This document shows, one piece after another, positions 43,792-52,985 of a stretch of 64,000 nucleotides of DNA. The position numbers and the translations under genes were made by a program. The stretch comes from a virus. The stretch is taken from positions 64,001 through 128,000 of the IMG/VR virus record IMGVR_UViG_3300005096_000137. One strand, given 5' to 3'. A model generated the notes under the pieces. It saw nothing but the letters and a program-made list of their open reading frames with translations, did no database searches and was not told where the DNA came from. The first letter of the stretch is position 1; each line of letters opens with the position of its first letter.

Positions 43792-44040
43792 ATGGAAATC
43801 GGAGAACTCGTTAAATTCCTCAATGACCGGTGTGTAACCACCAGTGCCAACCTCCCACTCGCTTCCTTTATGAAGGCACTTCGGGACTGGCTCCCGGTGG
43901 GTACACCCTTTGTGTCCATCTCCGAGATGGAGGACATGCTGATCACTACTGGACGGTTTAGGACATCTCAGGTTGGTGGGCGTCTTGTGGTGATCGGGTG
44001 TGCTATTCCGGATGTTCAACGGGACATGGGGAGTTCATAA
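43792..44040 (+). CDS. hypothetical protein
   Basis: GGAGAG RBS. Confidence 0.6.
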   Translation: MEIGELVKFLNDRCVTTSANLPLASFMKALRDWLPVGTPFVSISEMEDMLITTGRFRTSQVGGRLVVIGCAIPDVQRDMGSS

Positions 44041-44093
44041 ACCAATTACCGATCGAGTGATCCCCTTGCTTGACCATGAGGCAGCTCTTTTAT

Positions 44094-44122
44094 TTGACAA
44101 CGGGCAGTTTGTAGTGTAAGCT
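44094..44122 (+). promoter_or_regulatory. sigma70-type promoter (likely leaderless)
   Basis: TTGACA-17-TAAGCT with ATG 6 nt downstream. Confidence 0.7.
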
Positions 44123-44128
44123 TAGGGT

Positions 44129-44428
44129 ATGAACATCAAACAACAAGTCGCAGACTTCGAGAAGTACCAAAAACAACTTAATCAGACCATCATGGTTCAG
44201 CTTGCCGCACGCGCCACGAAGCAGGGCATCACAAGCATGTTGTTTACTGATGGAGTCGGGCATTACCGACGAGGTCACCATCTCGTTCGGGATGTGGACT
44301 TAGACACTCTGGGGTTGTCCTACGTGCGGACAATGGCTCTGGGGTTAACAGACGTCTCTTGGGATCCGAAATACGGCTGGCTAGGTCCTAGTGGCAAAGT
44401 TATCACGTTTGATTCGAGGAATCTATAG
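44129..44428 (+). CDS. hypothetical protein
   Basis: Follows promoter. Confidence 0.6.
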   Translation: MNIKQQVADFEKYQKQLNQTIMVQLAARATKQGITSMLFTDGVGHYRRGHHLVRDVDLDTLGLSYVRTMALGLTDVSWDPKYGWLGPSGKVITFDSRNL

Positions 44429-44490
44429 AAACATGGGGTATCAGGTTTGGATCCACATGGTCCCGATATGCAATGGCTTGAAATAAGCGG

Positions 44491-45066
44491 ATGGAAGATG
44501 ACGGAATGACAAACGAAGATTCACAAATCGTTCACGCAGGTGACCCAGTCTACCAGACCGAGAGTTTGGTGACGTGCGACTTACCACCAGAACCATTGGA
44601 GTCCCACTATGTTGTTGAGAAGGACGTGATGCTCCACCAAATGCTTCAGATGCAACTCATGGAAGTCAAGCACTATGGGAACACACATCTTGCCCAGTAC
44701 AGTGTATCTCAGGCATTCCGACTGATTGGTGATGGTACCGACAAACTGAGCATCCTCTTACACAATTGCAAAGTGAAGCTGTGTTCACAGAGGTACTCGC
44801 TTTTCCAGAACCAACGAGTGTGTGTCAATTGTGGGGTAGAGGGTAAGGTGTTCTGTCTGGATTTACCCCGCTCCGAACGGCAGCGGTGGAACAAGACTAC
44901 CAACCCGCTCCGCGCCCACTTCAATCTGTATGGGATCATGTCCTCGGGTCGGATTGTGATGCTGACCAAGGATCACATCGTCCCCTCGTCTAAGGGTGGG
45001 AAGTGTGTGATGAGTAACTACCAGTGCATGTGTGAAACATGTAACGCAGAGAAAGGTGACCGATGA
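44491..45066 (+). CDS. HNH endonuclease
   Basis: CVNC, TKDHIVPSSKGG, NYQCMCETCNAEKG. Confidence 0.88.
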   Translation: MEDDGMTNEDSQIVHAGDPVYQTESLVTCDLPPEPLESHYVVEKDVMLHQMLQMQLMEVKHYGNTHLAQYSVSQAFRLIGDGTDKLSILLHNCKVKLCSQRYSLFQNQRVCVNCGVEGKVFCLDLPRSERQRWNKTTNPLRAHFNLYGIMSSGRIVMLTKDHIVPSSKGGKCVMSNYQCMCETCNAEKGDR

Positions 45067-45494
45067 AACTTCGCACCCTTCAGAGAAAGCAGATATTATC
45101 GCGGCACCTAGCCCCTGGTAATGTCTACCGGAATCGTCGATATTTACAGACCTTTGAACCCATGTATATCTTTGATTTCCTCTCACGACATGGTGGTAGT
45201 ACCACCTCGTTTCTCAGTGGATATACGGTTCAGATAACTGTGAACTTCAAGCGAGTCTGTGCATCCCCAGTATGTACTCGATGTGGGTGTTGTGGGCTCT
45301 TAGTGAGCCTTGATCACGACTTGTCGAGGGGCTCCTGTAACTTATTACACCTCTACACCCTCGATAGACAAGAACAGCCTGTGATGATGACTATTGATCA
45401 CATTATCCCTAAGCGACATGGTGGTACCAATAACCGTCAGAATCTCCAAATTATGTGTGAAACATGTAACGCGAAGAAGGGGCATATGGTATGA
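45063..45494 (+). CDS. HNH endonuclease (tandem paralog)
   Basis: CTRC, TIDHIIPKRHGG, NLQIMCETCNAKKG. Confidence 0.88.
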   Translation: MKLRTLQRKQILSRHLAPGNVYRNRRYLQTFEPMYIFDFLSRHGGSTTSFLSGYTVQITVNFKRVCASPVCTRCGCCGLLVSLDHDLSRGSCNLLHLYTLDRQEQPVMMTIDHIIPKRHGGTNNRQNLQIMCETCNAKKGHMV

Positions 45495-46399
45495 GCAGTT
45501 TACTTCAACGACTTACGGAAGATGGGTACATCAACCCACCCAAGTACATTGATAATGTGTGCTTTGAAACTATCACCGGTAGCCAGGCATATGGGGTGAG
45601 CACAGATACCAGCGACTGTGATGTGGTAGGGTTCTATATTCCACCAGCCAATATGTTGTTCCCACACTTGGAGGGTCACCTGTTGGGCTTTAACAAGGAT
45701 CCTAAGCCGCCTAAGATATGGCAGCAACACCACATCAGGACGGACCCCGACGGACGTCATAAGGGGAAACACTTCGACATTGCCATGTACCCTATTACAA
45801 CGTTCTTTAAGTTGGCAATGGAGTGCAATCCTAACATCATTGATGTGTTGTATGCCCCTCGGGATTGCATATTGTCATTAACAATGGTGGGCGAGATGGT
45901 TCGGGATAATCGTGACCTGTTCCTCCACCGTGGTGCATGGGTCAAGTACAAGGGATATGCCTACCAGCAACTCCATAAGATGGACATCAAGCAGCCTAAA
46001 GAGGTGAGTGCTAGGTATGCCAGTCATCAGGAGCATGGGTACGACTTGAAATTTGCCTACCACCTGGTTCGGCTCTTGCTGGAGTGCGAAATGATGTTGA
46101 CGGAGCACACCATTGATCTTCGTCGTCACAGGGAACACCTCAAGGGTATCCGACGTGGGGAACATACCTTTGAGTATATCAAGCAATGGTTTGTGGACAA
46201 AGAGAAGTACCTGGAGAGGTGCTACGAAGAATCGACTCTCAAGGATTTACCGGCTCGGGAGTCTATCAAACGGCTTTTGATAGCCTGCCTGGAGCCCCAT
46301 TATGGGGACCTCAGTGCATTAAAGACTGTGCGGGCATCATCCACCCCTGACAGGGAAACTCTTCTGGCTATCCAGGCTCTGTGTGATGGAGTACTCTGA
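45491..46399 (+). CDS. Pol-beta-superfamily nucleotidyltransferase (RlaP/YcgL-like)
   Basis: GSQAYG.ST..SD.D, NPNII..L, GYD.KFAYHLVRL. Confidence 0.85.
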   Translation: MSSLLQRLTEDGYINPPKYIDNVCFETITGSQAYGVSTDTSDCDVVGFYIPPANMLFPHLEGHLLGFNKDPKPPKIWQQHHIRTDPDGRHKGKHFDIAMYPITTFFKLAMECNPNIIDVLYAPRDCILSLTMVGEMVRDNRDLFLHRGAWVKYKGYAYQQLHKMDIKQPKEVSARYASHQEHGYDLKFAYHLVRLLLECEMMLTEHTIDLRRHREHLKGIRRGEHTFEYIKQWFVDKEKYLERCYEESTLKDLPARESIKRLLIACLEPHYGDLSALKTVRASSTPDRETLLAIQALCDGVL

Positions 46400-46537
46400 T
46401 GCGTGGCGACCAACTTATTGAGGACCTGCTGGACGAGTGTATGAATGTGCTCCATCATGATGGTGAAGAGGATGAGCCGTCCACCCTCTGGGAACTGAAG
46501 CTCTTAGAGATGAAGTTCCGTCATGTCCTCGTAAAAC

Positions 46538-46876
46538 ATGGAGTCCTTGATGCTTGAGCTTTGGGAAATACTGGTCCCCTGTACAAGCAACAGCGGGAAG
46601 CCATTTCGGACCCGATGCCACAAGGAGTGGGACCGTCGCATCCGGAAGATTACGGGAGGTTTGACCATCTTCCCGCCAGTCAAAGGCCAGTGGGTTGCTC
46701 CAAGTGGTGAGATATTCTCGGAACGTATGATCTGCGTACGTGTTGCAACCACCGCCAAGTTTATGCAAAAGATAGCGGACATCACAGCAGTGTTTTATCA
46801 GCAAGAAGCCGTGATGTATTACAAAGTCAGTGACACCGTGATCATCAAAGAGTACCCCGAATTTAAGGCAGAGTGA
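46538..46876 (+). CDS. hypothetical phage protein
   Basis: LWEILVP...WD...GGLTI...GQW. Confidence 0.65.
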   Translation: MESLMLELWEILVPCTSNSGKPFRTRCHKEWDRRIRKITGGLTIFPPVKGQWVAPSGEIFSERMICVRVATTAKFMQKIADITAVFYQQEAVMYYKVSDTVIIKEYPEFKAE

Positions 46877-47208
46877 TGTTTATTCCCGAGCAAGACCCTG
46901 ATCATCCAAACCACCCTAGTAAGGGTTTTTATCCTGGACCCACGGTCAGTCGGTACATTACACATGGACACATGGGGCGGAGTTTACCGCACATACACAT
47001 AGTGTCTCGGGTGGATACCCCACATGTCATCACTGTGTACTATGAGACTATCCAACGACTCCTACGAGACTGTGGGAGCTTCCGACATCTCGTGACTCTG
47101 GATTGTCGGACACCCTCACGAGGTTTCAAACTCCCTGATACTTATCAAACATTTCACGCTGAAAGACCTTATTATGAGTCGATTTCAAGTAAAGCTCGCG
47201 GACGCTAA
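46873..47208 (+). CDS. hypothetical protein
   Basis: GTGA coupling. Confidence 0.5.
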   Translation: MMFIPEQDPDHPNHPSKGFYPGPTVSRYITHGHMGRSLPHIHIVSRVDTPHVITVYYETIQRLLRDCGSFRHLVTLDCRTPSRGFKLPDTYQTFHAERPYYESISSKARGR

Positions 47209-47479
47209 TCTCCAGGATTTGGGAAGGTCCCTAGACTTTGATTTCGCAGATGCTATGCTTCTTAGTGTAGTCTTGGAAGATGGGCGCACCTTCAAACTGA
47301 ATTTCCACACAGACGGGGAGTTGTCCATCATAACATTCGGGAACCATCCGCACCTTACGGGGTATGTCCCTCAGTCAAGGTTTCTGACGAAGATTCACCC
47401 TGAGAAACCCTTTACCTGCTCCAGTTGCGGGGCTGCCGTATTTGATGAGGAAGTCCCTCATTGTGACTATTGTATTTAG
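47174..47479 (+). CDS. hypothetical protein with C-terminal Zn ribbon
   Basis: CSSCGA...CDYC. Confidence 0.55.
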   Translation: MSRFQVKLADANLQDLGRSLDFDFADAMLLSVVLEDGRTFKLNFHTDGELSIITFGNHPHLTGYVPQSRFLTKIHPEKPFTCSSCGAAVFDEEVPHCDYCI

Positions 47480-47489
47480 GAGAGCGAAG

Positions 47490-47792
47490 ATGTTGAATCT
47501 AAAGAACCACTTAAACACACAACTGAATATCGCTGATGCAGAGTGCCCCCTAATCACTGAAGCCTATGAGAAGGTACAGGGTTACCTTGAGCAGTGTGCT
47601 TGTGACCATTTCTGGCAGGCGGTTGTGGAGGTCGGCTCACCCTTAGTGGCGAGTCTGAAGGTTCGCCGTCAGTACGAGGGTTTAATGCGGCGACTCAGTG
47701 CTGGTGGGCTGACGGTGCAGGATGACCTTCACAAGGACATGAGTGGCTCCATACTTATCACCTGGGGCAAATTCCCTGGTGGCTACAACTAA
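47490..47792 (+). CDS. hypothetical protein
   Basis: AGGAG RBS. Confidence 0.6.
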   Translation: MLNLKNHLNTQLNIADAECPLITEAYEKVQGYLEQCACDHFWQAVVEVGSPLVASLKVRRQYEGLMRRLSAGGLTVQDDLHKDMSGSILITWGKFPGGYN

Positions 47793-47811
47793 ACTATCGA
47801 GGACATCAGAG

Positions 47812-48426
47812 ATGCCACAAGTTTATTCTATTTCAGTTGAAGTCCAGCTCCAGGGTGGAGACCGGGAGCCTGGTGACCCCCTAATCCCCATTGCAGCCAA
47901 TATATCGGTGGCTCAGGGTGACAAAGGGTATGACAAGGTTGTCGGGCACATTCAGGGCACACTGATTCCAAGCTCTTGCCGGGGTCAACGGGTCGACATG
48001 CTTCTGGCAGCGGACGATGAGTCTCAAGACCTATACGAACTGGTCCAGACGGTATCCAATGGTACTCACTGGCATGTGGGCAATGACCTGTGTTTAGACC
48101 ACATCACGGGTGGCCTCCTTTGTCTTGAGACCGCCAACATTGACCCCGAATACCGGGGTTTCAACATTGCACCTGTGGCAGGGTCTGAACTCATTGACAT
48201 TCTTGGATGTTGCGTCGGTCTGGTGGTCACCCGACCCCACCCTATCCTGGATGAGTTGCACCCCATCACAGATGAGGCTATCGCCACCGCTATCCAGAAG
48301 ATTGCAAAACACTGGGAACAGGTCGGGTTTGTGGAAAATCCACTACACCCAGGCTACATGTATCTGGATCCTACTCTACGGCGACCATATCCACTTTTGA
48401 AATGTGGCTTGACAACCGACAAATAG
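47812..48426 (+). CDS. hypothetical protein, GNAT-like fold
   Basis: IDPEYRG.NI...HWEQVGF. Confidence 0.55.
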   Translation: MPQVYSISVEVQLQGGDREPGDPLIPIAANISVAQGDKGYDKVVGHIQGTLIPSSCRGQRVDMLLAADDESQDLYELVQTVSNGTHWHVGNDLCLDHITGGLLCLETANIDPEYRGFNIAPVAGSELIDILGCCVGLVVTRPHPILDELHPITDEAIATAIQKIAKHWEQVGFVENPLHPGYMYLDPTLRRPYPLLKCGLTTDK

Positions 48427-48437
48427 TGTGGCATACT
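48409..48437 (+). promoter_or_regulatory. sigma70-type promoter
   Basis: TTGACA-17-CATACT with extended -10 TG. Confidence 0.7.
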
Positions 48438-48486
48438 TGAAGAGTAACCAATCGGATGAAATGTACCCAACCATGAGGAGTCAGCG

Positions 48487-48735
48487 ATGAGCAATCCAAT
48501 TCAAGGCATCAATGCGAATCGACTCCCCCGGGAACCCCTCGAACGGAAGTTTAGTGTTCTCTGGGACCATATAAACGATAGACAGCGGGTGCTCTCATAC
48601 ATTTTGGATAGGTCCCAGGCAAATCGAGGGGATTATAACCCCACCAAAGTTGAGATAGAGGTCGTGGCCACAGTCATTCAGTGGTTAGGGAGCCCTGTTG
48701 GTCAGGGTTTTCTGGCAGATATCCCGACCAGTTAA
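48487..48735 (+). CDS. hypothetical phage protein
   Basis: GAGGAG RBS; ATVIQWLGSPVGQGFL. Confidence 0.7.
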   Translation: MSNPIQGINANRLPREPLERKFSVLWDHINDRQRVLSYILDRSQANRGDYNPTKVEIEVVATVIQWLGSPVGQGFLADIPTS

Positions 48736-48737
48736 CT

Positions 48738-48870
48738 ACACGAACAATTCACACGAACAATTCACACGAACAATTCACACGAACAATTCACACGAACAAT
48801 TCACACGAACAATTCACACGAACAATTCTTCACACGAACAATTCACACGAACAATTCACACGAACAATTC
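48738..48870 (+). repeat. 13-bp tandem repeat (ACACGAACAATTC x10, one TTC insertion)
   Basis: Read directly; intergenic. Confidence 0.97.
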
Positions 48871-48887
48871 ACTACGAGGATTTTGAG

Positions 48888-50288
48888 ATGAGCGACCAAC
48901 CTTACTTGATGATTGAGAACAAGGGTGAAGCCCCAGTAGAGGGATACACCGTGCTTGGTCTGTCCACGACTCGGGGTAGCAAAGCTGATGGAGTAATCGG
49001 TCAGTTTGGCTCCGGAAACAAGCATGCCATCAATGTGTGCCTGCGAAACGGGCTTACCGTCTGGGTCTATTGTGGGACCACTCGCTTGGAATTCAGTACC
49101 CAATCGGAGATGGTGGATGATGGGTTGGTCAAGACTGAGGCACGACATGTTGTGTACCGCAAGGGTGCCAGTGCCTGGAAGAAGACTGGTTGGGTTTTGG
49201 ACATGGGGGTCCTGGACTGGGATAGTGTTGGGATGGGGCTCCGAGAGTTCGTCTCTAATGCGATTGATCGAACTATCCGAGAAGGTGATATAAACAGCCA
49301 GGTCCTTGTCATTAAGACAGTGGACCCCAAAGACCGCCGTGCCCGGGCTGGGTTCACGCGGATCTTCGTGGAACTCAATACCGATGTTCGTCAGTATTAT
49401 GAGGAATTGGGTAGTAATTTCCTTCACTTCTCAGATGATCCCAGCAAAGCTGTCCCCGGTATTCTGGAGAAGACTGAAGAGGGTGGCGCTAAGATTTACC
49501 GCGAGGGTGTCTATGTCCGTGCCCTACGGGAGCCGAGCTTGTTTGACTACAATTTCAGTAAAGATGATTTGCCCATCGACGAATGTCGTAATAGTTCCGA
49601 GTACGTGATTAAGGCCTCAGTCGCGCGGATGCTGGGAAACGCTTCACAGGGTATTATTGAGCAAGTGCTCCAGGAGGTCCAGTGTGAAGGTAATTGGCTC
49701 GAAACTAACTTGGACACCGATTATCTCTTTGGATCCTGTTACACAGACCCGGATGATTCCCAGTCAGAAAGTTGGAGCAATGCCTGGGCTGCGACCGCAG
49801 GTGTTGGCGCTGTTGTGTGTCGTGACTCCCATTCAAGTGGGTTCGTGGAACGCAAAGGTTTATCCCCTGGTGTAGTGAAAGAGGGTTGGTTGAGACCCCT
49901 GTCTAAGGTGGAGGGGGTCCAGACCTGCGACGATGTACTGGATGACGCTGAATCAGCAGGAAAAACAATCACACCTGCGGGGATACTTATTGAGAGTGCG
50001 ATGGATAAAGCCTGGGATGTGTTTGAGAGCGCAGGTTTGACCAGGTACCTTAGTCAGCCTCAGGTGCTGTGCTTTGAGCAAGCGGGGGAAGACGCGCATA
50101 TCGCCGACTCTTACTACTGTGGTGTGGGTAATCTTGTGTATATCAGGTCTCACCTAGCAGGTCCAGAGTGCCACAATGACAGATACCAGGCGGCCATCGG
50201 CGTGTGTGCCTTGCACATCAGTTCAGATGACGGTTGCGAGTTGACACCCGATGATTTGCTCATCAAGCTGGTGGCAGAACTTACTTGA
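48888..50288 (+). CDS. GHKL (MORC/Hsp90-like) ATPase-domain protein
   Basis: IENKG, IGQFGSGNK, LREFVSNAID; GAGGA RBS before ATG at 48888. Confidence 0.7.
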   Translation: MSDQPYLMIENKGEAPVEGYTVLGLSTTRGSKADGVIGQFGSGNKHAINVCLRNGLTVWVYCGTTRLEFSTQSEMVDDGLVKTEARHVVYRKGASAWKKTGWVLDMGVLDWDSVGMGLREFVSNAIDRTIREGDINSQVLVIKTVDPKDRRARAGFTRIFVELNTDVRQYYEELGSNFLHFSDDPSKAVPGILEKTEEGGAKIYREGVYVRALREPSLFDYNFSKDDLPIDECRNSSEYVIKASVARMLGNASQGIIEQVLQEVQCEGNWLETNLDTDYLFGSCYTDPDDSQSESWSNAWAATAGVGAVVCRDSHSSGFVERKGLSPGVVKEGWLRPLSKVEGVQTCDDVLDDAESAGKTITPAGILIESAMDKAWDVFESAGLTRYLSQPQVLCFEQAGEDAHIADSYYCGVGNLVYIRSHLAGPECHNDRYQAAIGVCALHISSDDGCELTPDDLLIKLVAELT

Positions 50289-50313
50289 CAAACCTTGATC
50301 CATCACCTATGAT
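50285..50313 (+). promoter_or_regulatory. sigma70-type promoter
   Basis: TTGACA-17-TATGAT. Confidence 0.8.
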
Positions 50314-50347
50314 TGAGTTGTAAGCCAATTTAACCAGGAGAAACACC

Positions 50348-50572
50348 ATGCTGCCAACCATCATTGAATTCGACTACAAAGAAAAGCGTCGGCTGGTCAT
50401 CGAGATTGGCGACGATAAGCGGGGCAACGGTTGTATCCTGTGCCAGCAACTGAGTCCCAAACGTGGATTACGCTCCTTCAAACCCGAACAACGGACCAAT
50501 CTAAAGAAGCTTGGAATACTCAGAACTATATACCACCTTGGGAGGAGAGAATGGGCGATATTGAGAACCTGA
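50348..50572 (+). CDS. small WYL-like (SH3/Sm-fold) protein
   Basis: IEFDY..KRRLV...GLRSFK. Confidence 0.5.
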   Translation: MLPTIIEFDYKEKRRLVIEIGDDKRGNGCILCQQLSPKRGLRSFKPEQRTNLKKLGILRTIYHLGRREWAILRT

Positions 50573-50688
50573 TCAAGTGGATCGCCTGCATCAGGATTAC
50601 CTGTTTTGTGTTTGTGATGATCTCAATTATTACGACTTGTAGCCTCATTGGTTATGTGGTCTGGCGACTATTCGCCACGAGCGGTTAG
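50551..50688 (+). CDS. small membrane protein, paralog 1
   Basis: GGAGG RBS; TM ending GYVVWRLF. Confidence 0.6.
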   Translation: MGDIENLIKWIACIRITCFVFVMISIITTCSLIGYVVWRLFATSG

Positions 50689-50713
50689 GTTTAACACTAC
50701 TGGAGAATATCAG

Positions 50714-50893
50714 ATGATGAACAATCTCGGAAGACCAGTGAACAAACAGATGATTGACATGGAGAAACAGATGAAGTTGGGTTTTCGCCTCGTCGTAGGT
50801 TGGTTTGTGTTTGTGGCGATATCTGTTGTCACAGCCCTCAGCCTCCTAGGCTATGTGGTCTGGCGTCTGCTCGTCGCGAATGGGTTGGTCTAA
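50714..50893 (+). CDS. small membrane protein, paralog 2
   Basis: TM ending GYVVWRLLVANG. Confidence 0.6.
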   Translation: MMNNLGRPVNKQMIDMEKQMKLGFRLVVGWFVFVAISVVTALSLLGYVVWRLLVANGLV

Positions 50894-50914
50894 CTTCATC
50901 GGAGAGGGCTATGG

Positions 50915-51067
50915 ATGGGTTTTAGACACATTATGGATTCTGCGAATCGACGGGCGTACAAGGATACTTTTGGGTTGATCATGACTTTTGTAAGTATGCT
51001 CACCCTGACCGCCACATTTGTCCTGTTTATCATGTGGCGTGTTTTGATATCTTATGGGATCATGTGA
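50915..51067 (+). CDS. small membrane protein, paralog 3 (50 aa, not in ORF track)
   Basis: TM ending FIMWRVLISYG. Confidence 0.55.
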   Translation: MGFRHIMDSANRRAYKDTFGLIMTFVSMLTLTATFVLFIMWRVLISYGIM

Positions 51068-51084
51068 GCTTTGAAAGGGCGTCT

Positions 51085-51192
51085 ATGTTCAAGAAGTACA
51101 TTATTGCGGTCATCCTCCTGGTACTGGGTTGCTTTGCCATCCTGGTCGGTCTGTGGGTCTATATGTTAGCCTATGCTGGCTGGGGTATGTAA
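51085..51192 (+). CDS. 35-aa membrane peptide (not in ORF track)
   Basis: MFKKYIIAVILLVLGCFAILVGLWVY...; TAATG coupling to next gene. Confidence 0.5.
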   Translation: MFKKYIIAVILLVLGCFAILVGLWVYMLAYAGWGM

Positions 51193-51425
51193 TGACTCAC
51201 TTTCAGAAGTGGTGGCTGAAGTTCAAGAGGAAGAACCCGAACTTTGACCAACCTAACGACACCAAGTTCACGATGACCATCGGCAATCTCCGGAAGGTCC
51301 TGACCCAGGCCCACAAGCATGGGTTCTCCTGTGGGATGGAGACTTCCAAGGACATCGAGAAACTCAAGGGCACTGACCCAAATTCATTTGGAGATTTAAT
51401 GAACATGTTTAAGGGGCATAAATGA
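51192..51425 (+). CDS. hypothetical protein
   Basis: Coupled start. Confidence 0.55.
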   Translation: MTHFQKWWLKFKRKNPNFDQPNDTKFTMTIGNLRKVLTQAHKHGFSCGMETSKDIEKLKGTDPNSFGDLMNMFKGHK

Positions 51426-51838
51426 ACACAATTTGGAAGTCCAACCTGTCCGGATCACTGGGCACATTTGAGTGGTACAAACCCGGGACCAGGGAAGTCC
51501 AGAATCTTGGACCTGTCCTGGACATCTGTGTTCGGGCGCAGGTGGTGCCACCTATCACGTCCCCAAAATCGAACTGCATCATGTATCTGGTGGAGGTGCT
51601 CTACAGTAGAAAGCACATCAAGGGCGACCGGTTTGATGCCCAATACTCGCTCGCCCACCTAAAAGCGACCATGGGTGACGATGCACGGATTTGTTTGGCA
51701 ACATTCAAGAGTGATAAATTCGGGCAGGCGTACCGACTTGCATTACATGAACAGGCTGAGAGCGGATACCACACCCACTCTTTGACCATTGACAATTGGG
51801 TGTGGGATAATGGATGTCAACCTCTGGCTGGCAAGTAA
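51422..51838 (+). CDS. hypothetical protein
   Basis: Coupled start. Confidence 0.55.
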   Translation: MNTIWKSNLSGSLGTFEWYKPGTREVQNLGPVLDICVRAQVVPPITSPKSNCIMYLVEVLYSRKHIKGDRFDAQYSLAHLKATMGDDARICLATFKSDKFGQAYRLALHEQAESGYHTHSLTIDNWVWDNGCQPLAGK

Positions 51839-51864
51839 ATTATGTTAAAAGGACTAGCAACACT

Positions 51865-52146
51865 ATGATAACTCGCGTGAACTTTACGAAATTGGACGGT
51901 CGACGAATCACCCTGGACCTCATGGATGTGTGCAATGTCGAAGACACCCCTGAGGGGGTTGTTGTACTCTACGCAGTGCTAGCCACTGAGAAGAAATCCT
52001 TCATAGCGGGTATGACTTATGATCAAGTGGTCGCCGAACTGGACCGGGGTCGTAATCTCATGATGCCCTTTTCACAGGGGGATGAGGATGGTGAGTTCGA
52101 GTCCGGGGATGAATGGAAGGCAGGCGGTGAAAGTGACGAGTATTGA
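51865..52146 (+). CDS. hypothetical protein
   Basis: AAGGA RBS; acidic tail. Confidence 0.55.
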   Translation: MITRVNFTKLDGRRITLDLMDVCNVEDTPEGVVVLYAVLATEKKSFIAGMTYDQVVAELDRGRNLMMPFSQGDEDGEFESGDEWKAGGESDEY

Positions 52147-52561
52147 GCTAGGACCTCAGCCACTACCAGCTCCCCAGCAACGTTACAGGGACTGTAGTGG
52201 GTTTCAAGGGGACGTGAGATTCCGTGACTACGCGGATATGCTCCATGCCGGAGACATCTTGGGTTGCGAGGAATTCTGTAAGGAACACGTCGAGGACCCA
52301 GAGATACTCAGAAAGGTACGTACCCTGGAGCGCCAGTGGGTTACGGAGATGTCACGCCTCGTGCGGGAACTCCAGATTACTGCCCGCGAAAGCCTTGGGT
52401 ATCGGACATTATCTGAGGGCTACTGTAAGCAGGCATATGGCACCCAAGCCTCAACGTGGGTAAAGCGTAAGCTGAAGGCTGGCAACAACTTACTTCGCAA
52501 TGCTGATGCCGCCCGCCTTGACCACGAACGTGTCGAAGTCCCGGTCGGTTTCAAGAAATGA
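52127..52561 (+). CDS. hypothetical protein (start uncertain)
   Basis: Fills gap before promoter. Confidence 0.55.
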   Translation: MKVTSIELGPQPLPAPQQRYRDCSGFQGDVRFRDYADMLHAGDILGCEEFCKEHVEDPEILRKVRTLERQWVTEMSRLVRELQITARESLGYRTLSEGYCKQAYGTQASTWVKRKLKAGNNLLRNADAARLDHERVEVPVGFKK

Positions 52562-52562
52562 T

Positions 52563-52590
52563 TTGACAAGCTGCTTTTGCAAGGTAGTAT
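52563..52590 (+). promoter_or_regulatory. sigma70-type promoter
   Basis: TTGACA-16-TAGTAT. Confidence 0.6.
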
Positions 52591-52613
52591 TGGTGTAGAA
52601 AGGGACTACGACA

Positions 52614-52940
52614 ATGAACGAACACGAATACGAAACAGACGACCTCCTGGGCGGGACCGCAAAGGCAACCGTTTGGGTCCAGTACACTACTGAGAACCAG
52701 ATTCGATACAATCCTGACGGGGGTGGATTCGAGTCTAGTATCATTGAGGTTGAAGTCTGGGACGCCAAGGTCACTAGCTACAGTACTCCAGGATGTGACC
52801 TGGACCGGGCTGGGATCGAGAAGCTGGGTGGCGATGGTTCATGGGCAAAGTTGGCGGATGGTTTATTGCTTGACCACCTCAATGACGCGATGGTGGACGA
52901 CACATTCGAGTATCATGAGTTGGTTGAACAGGTCCTTTGA
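52614..52940 (+). CDS. acidic hypothetical protein
   Basis: AAGGGA RBS. Confidence 0.6.
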   Translation: MNEHEYETDDLLGGTAKATVWVQYTTENQIRYNPDGGGFESSIIEVEVWDAKVTSYSTPGCDLDRAGIEKLGGDGSWAKLADGLLLDHLNDAMVDDTFEYHELVEQVL

Positions 52941-52985
52941 GTTTCTATTTTATTGAACAAACTAGTTAATTGGAGGAACAAGAGA

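Noticed and set aside
48681-48887. N-terminal extension of the ATPase ORF through the 13-mer repeat
   Set aside because: Chance open frame; a good RBS and ATG lie at 48888. The array has no spacers, so it is not CRISPR either.
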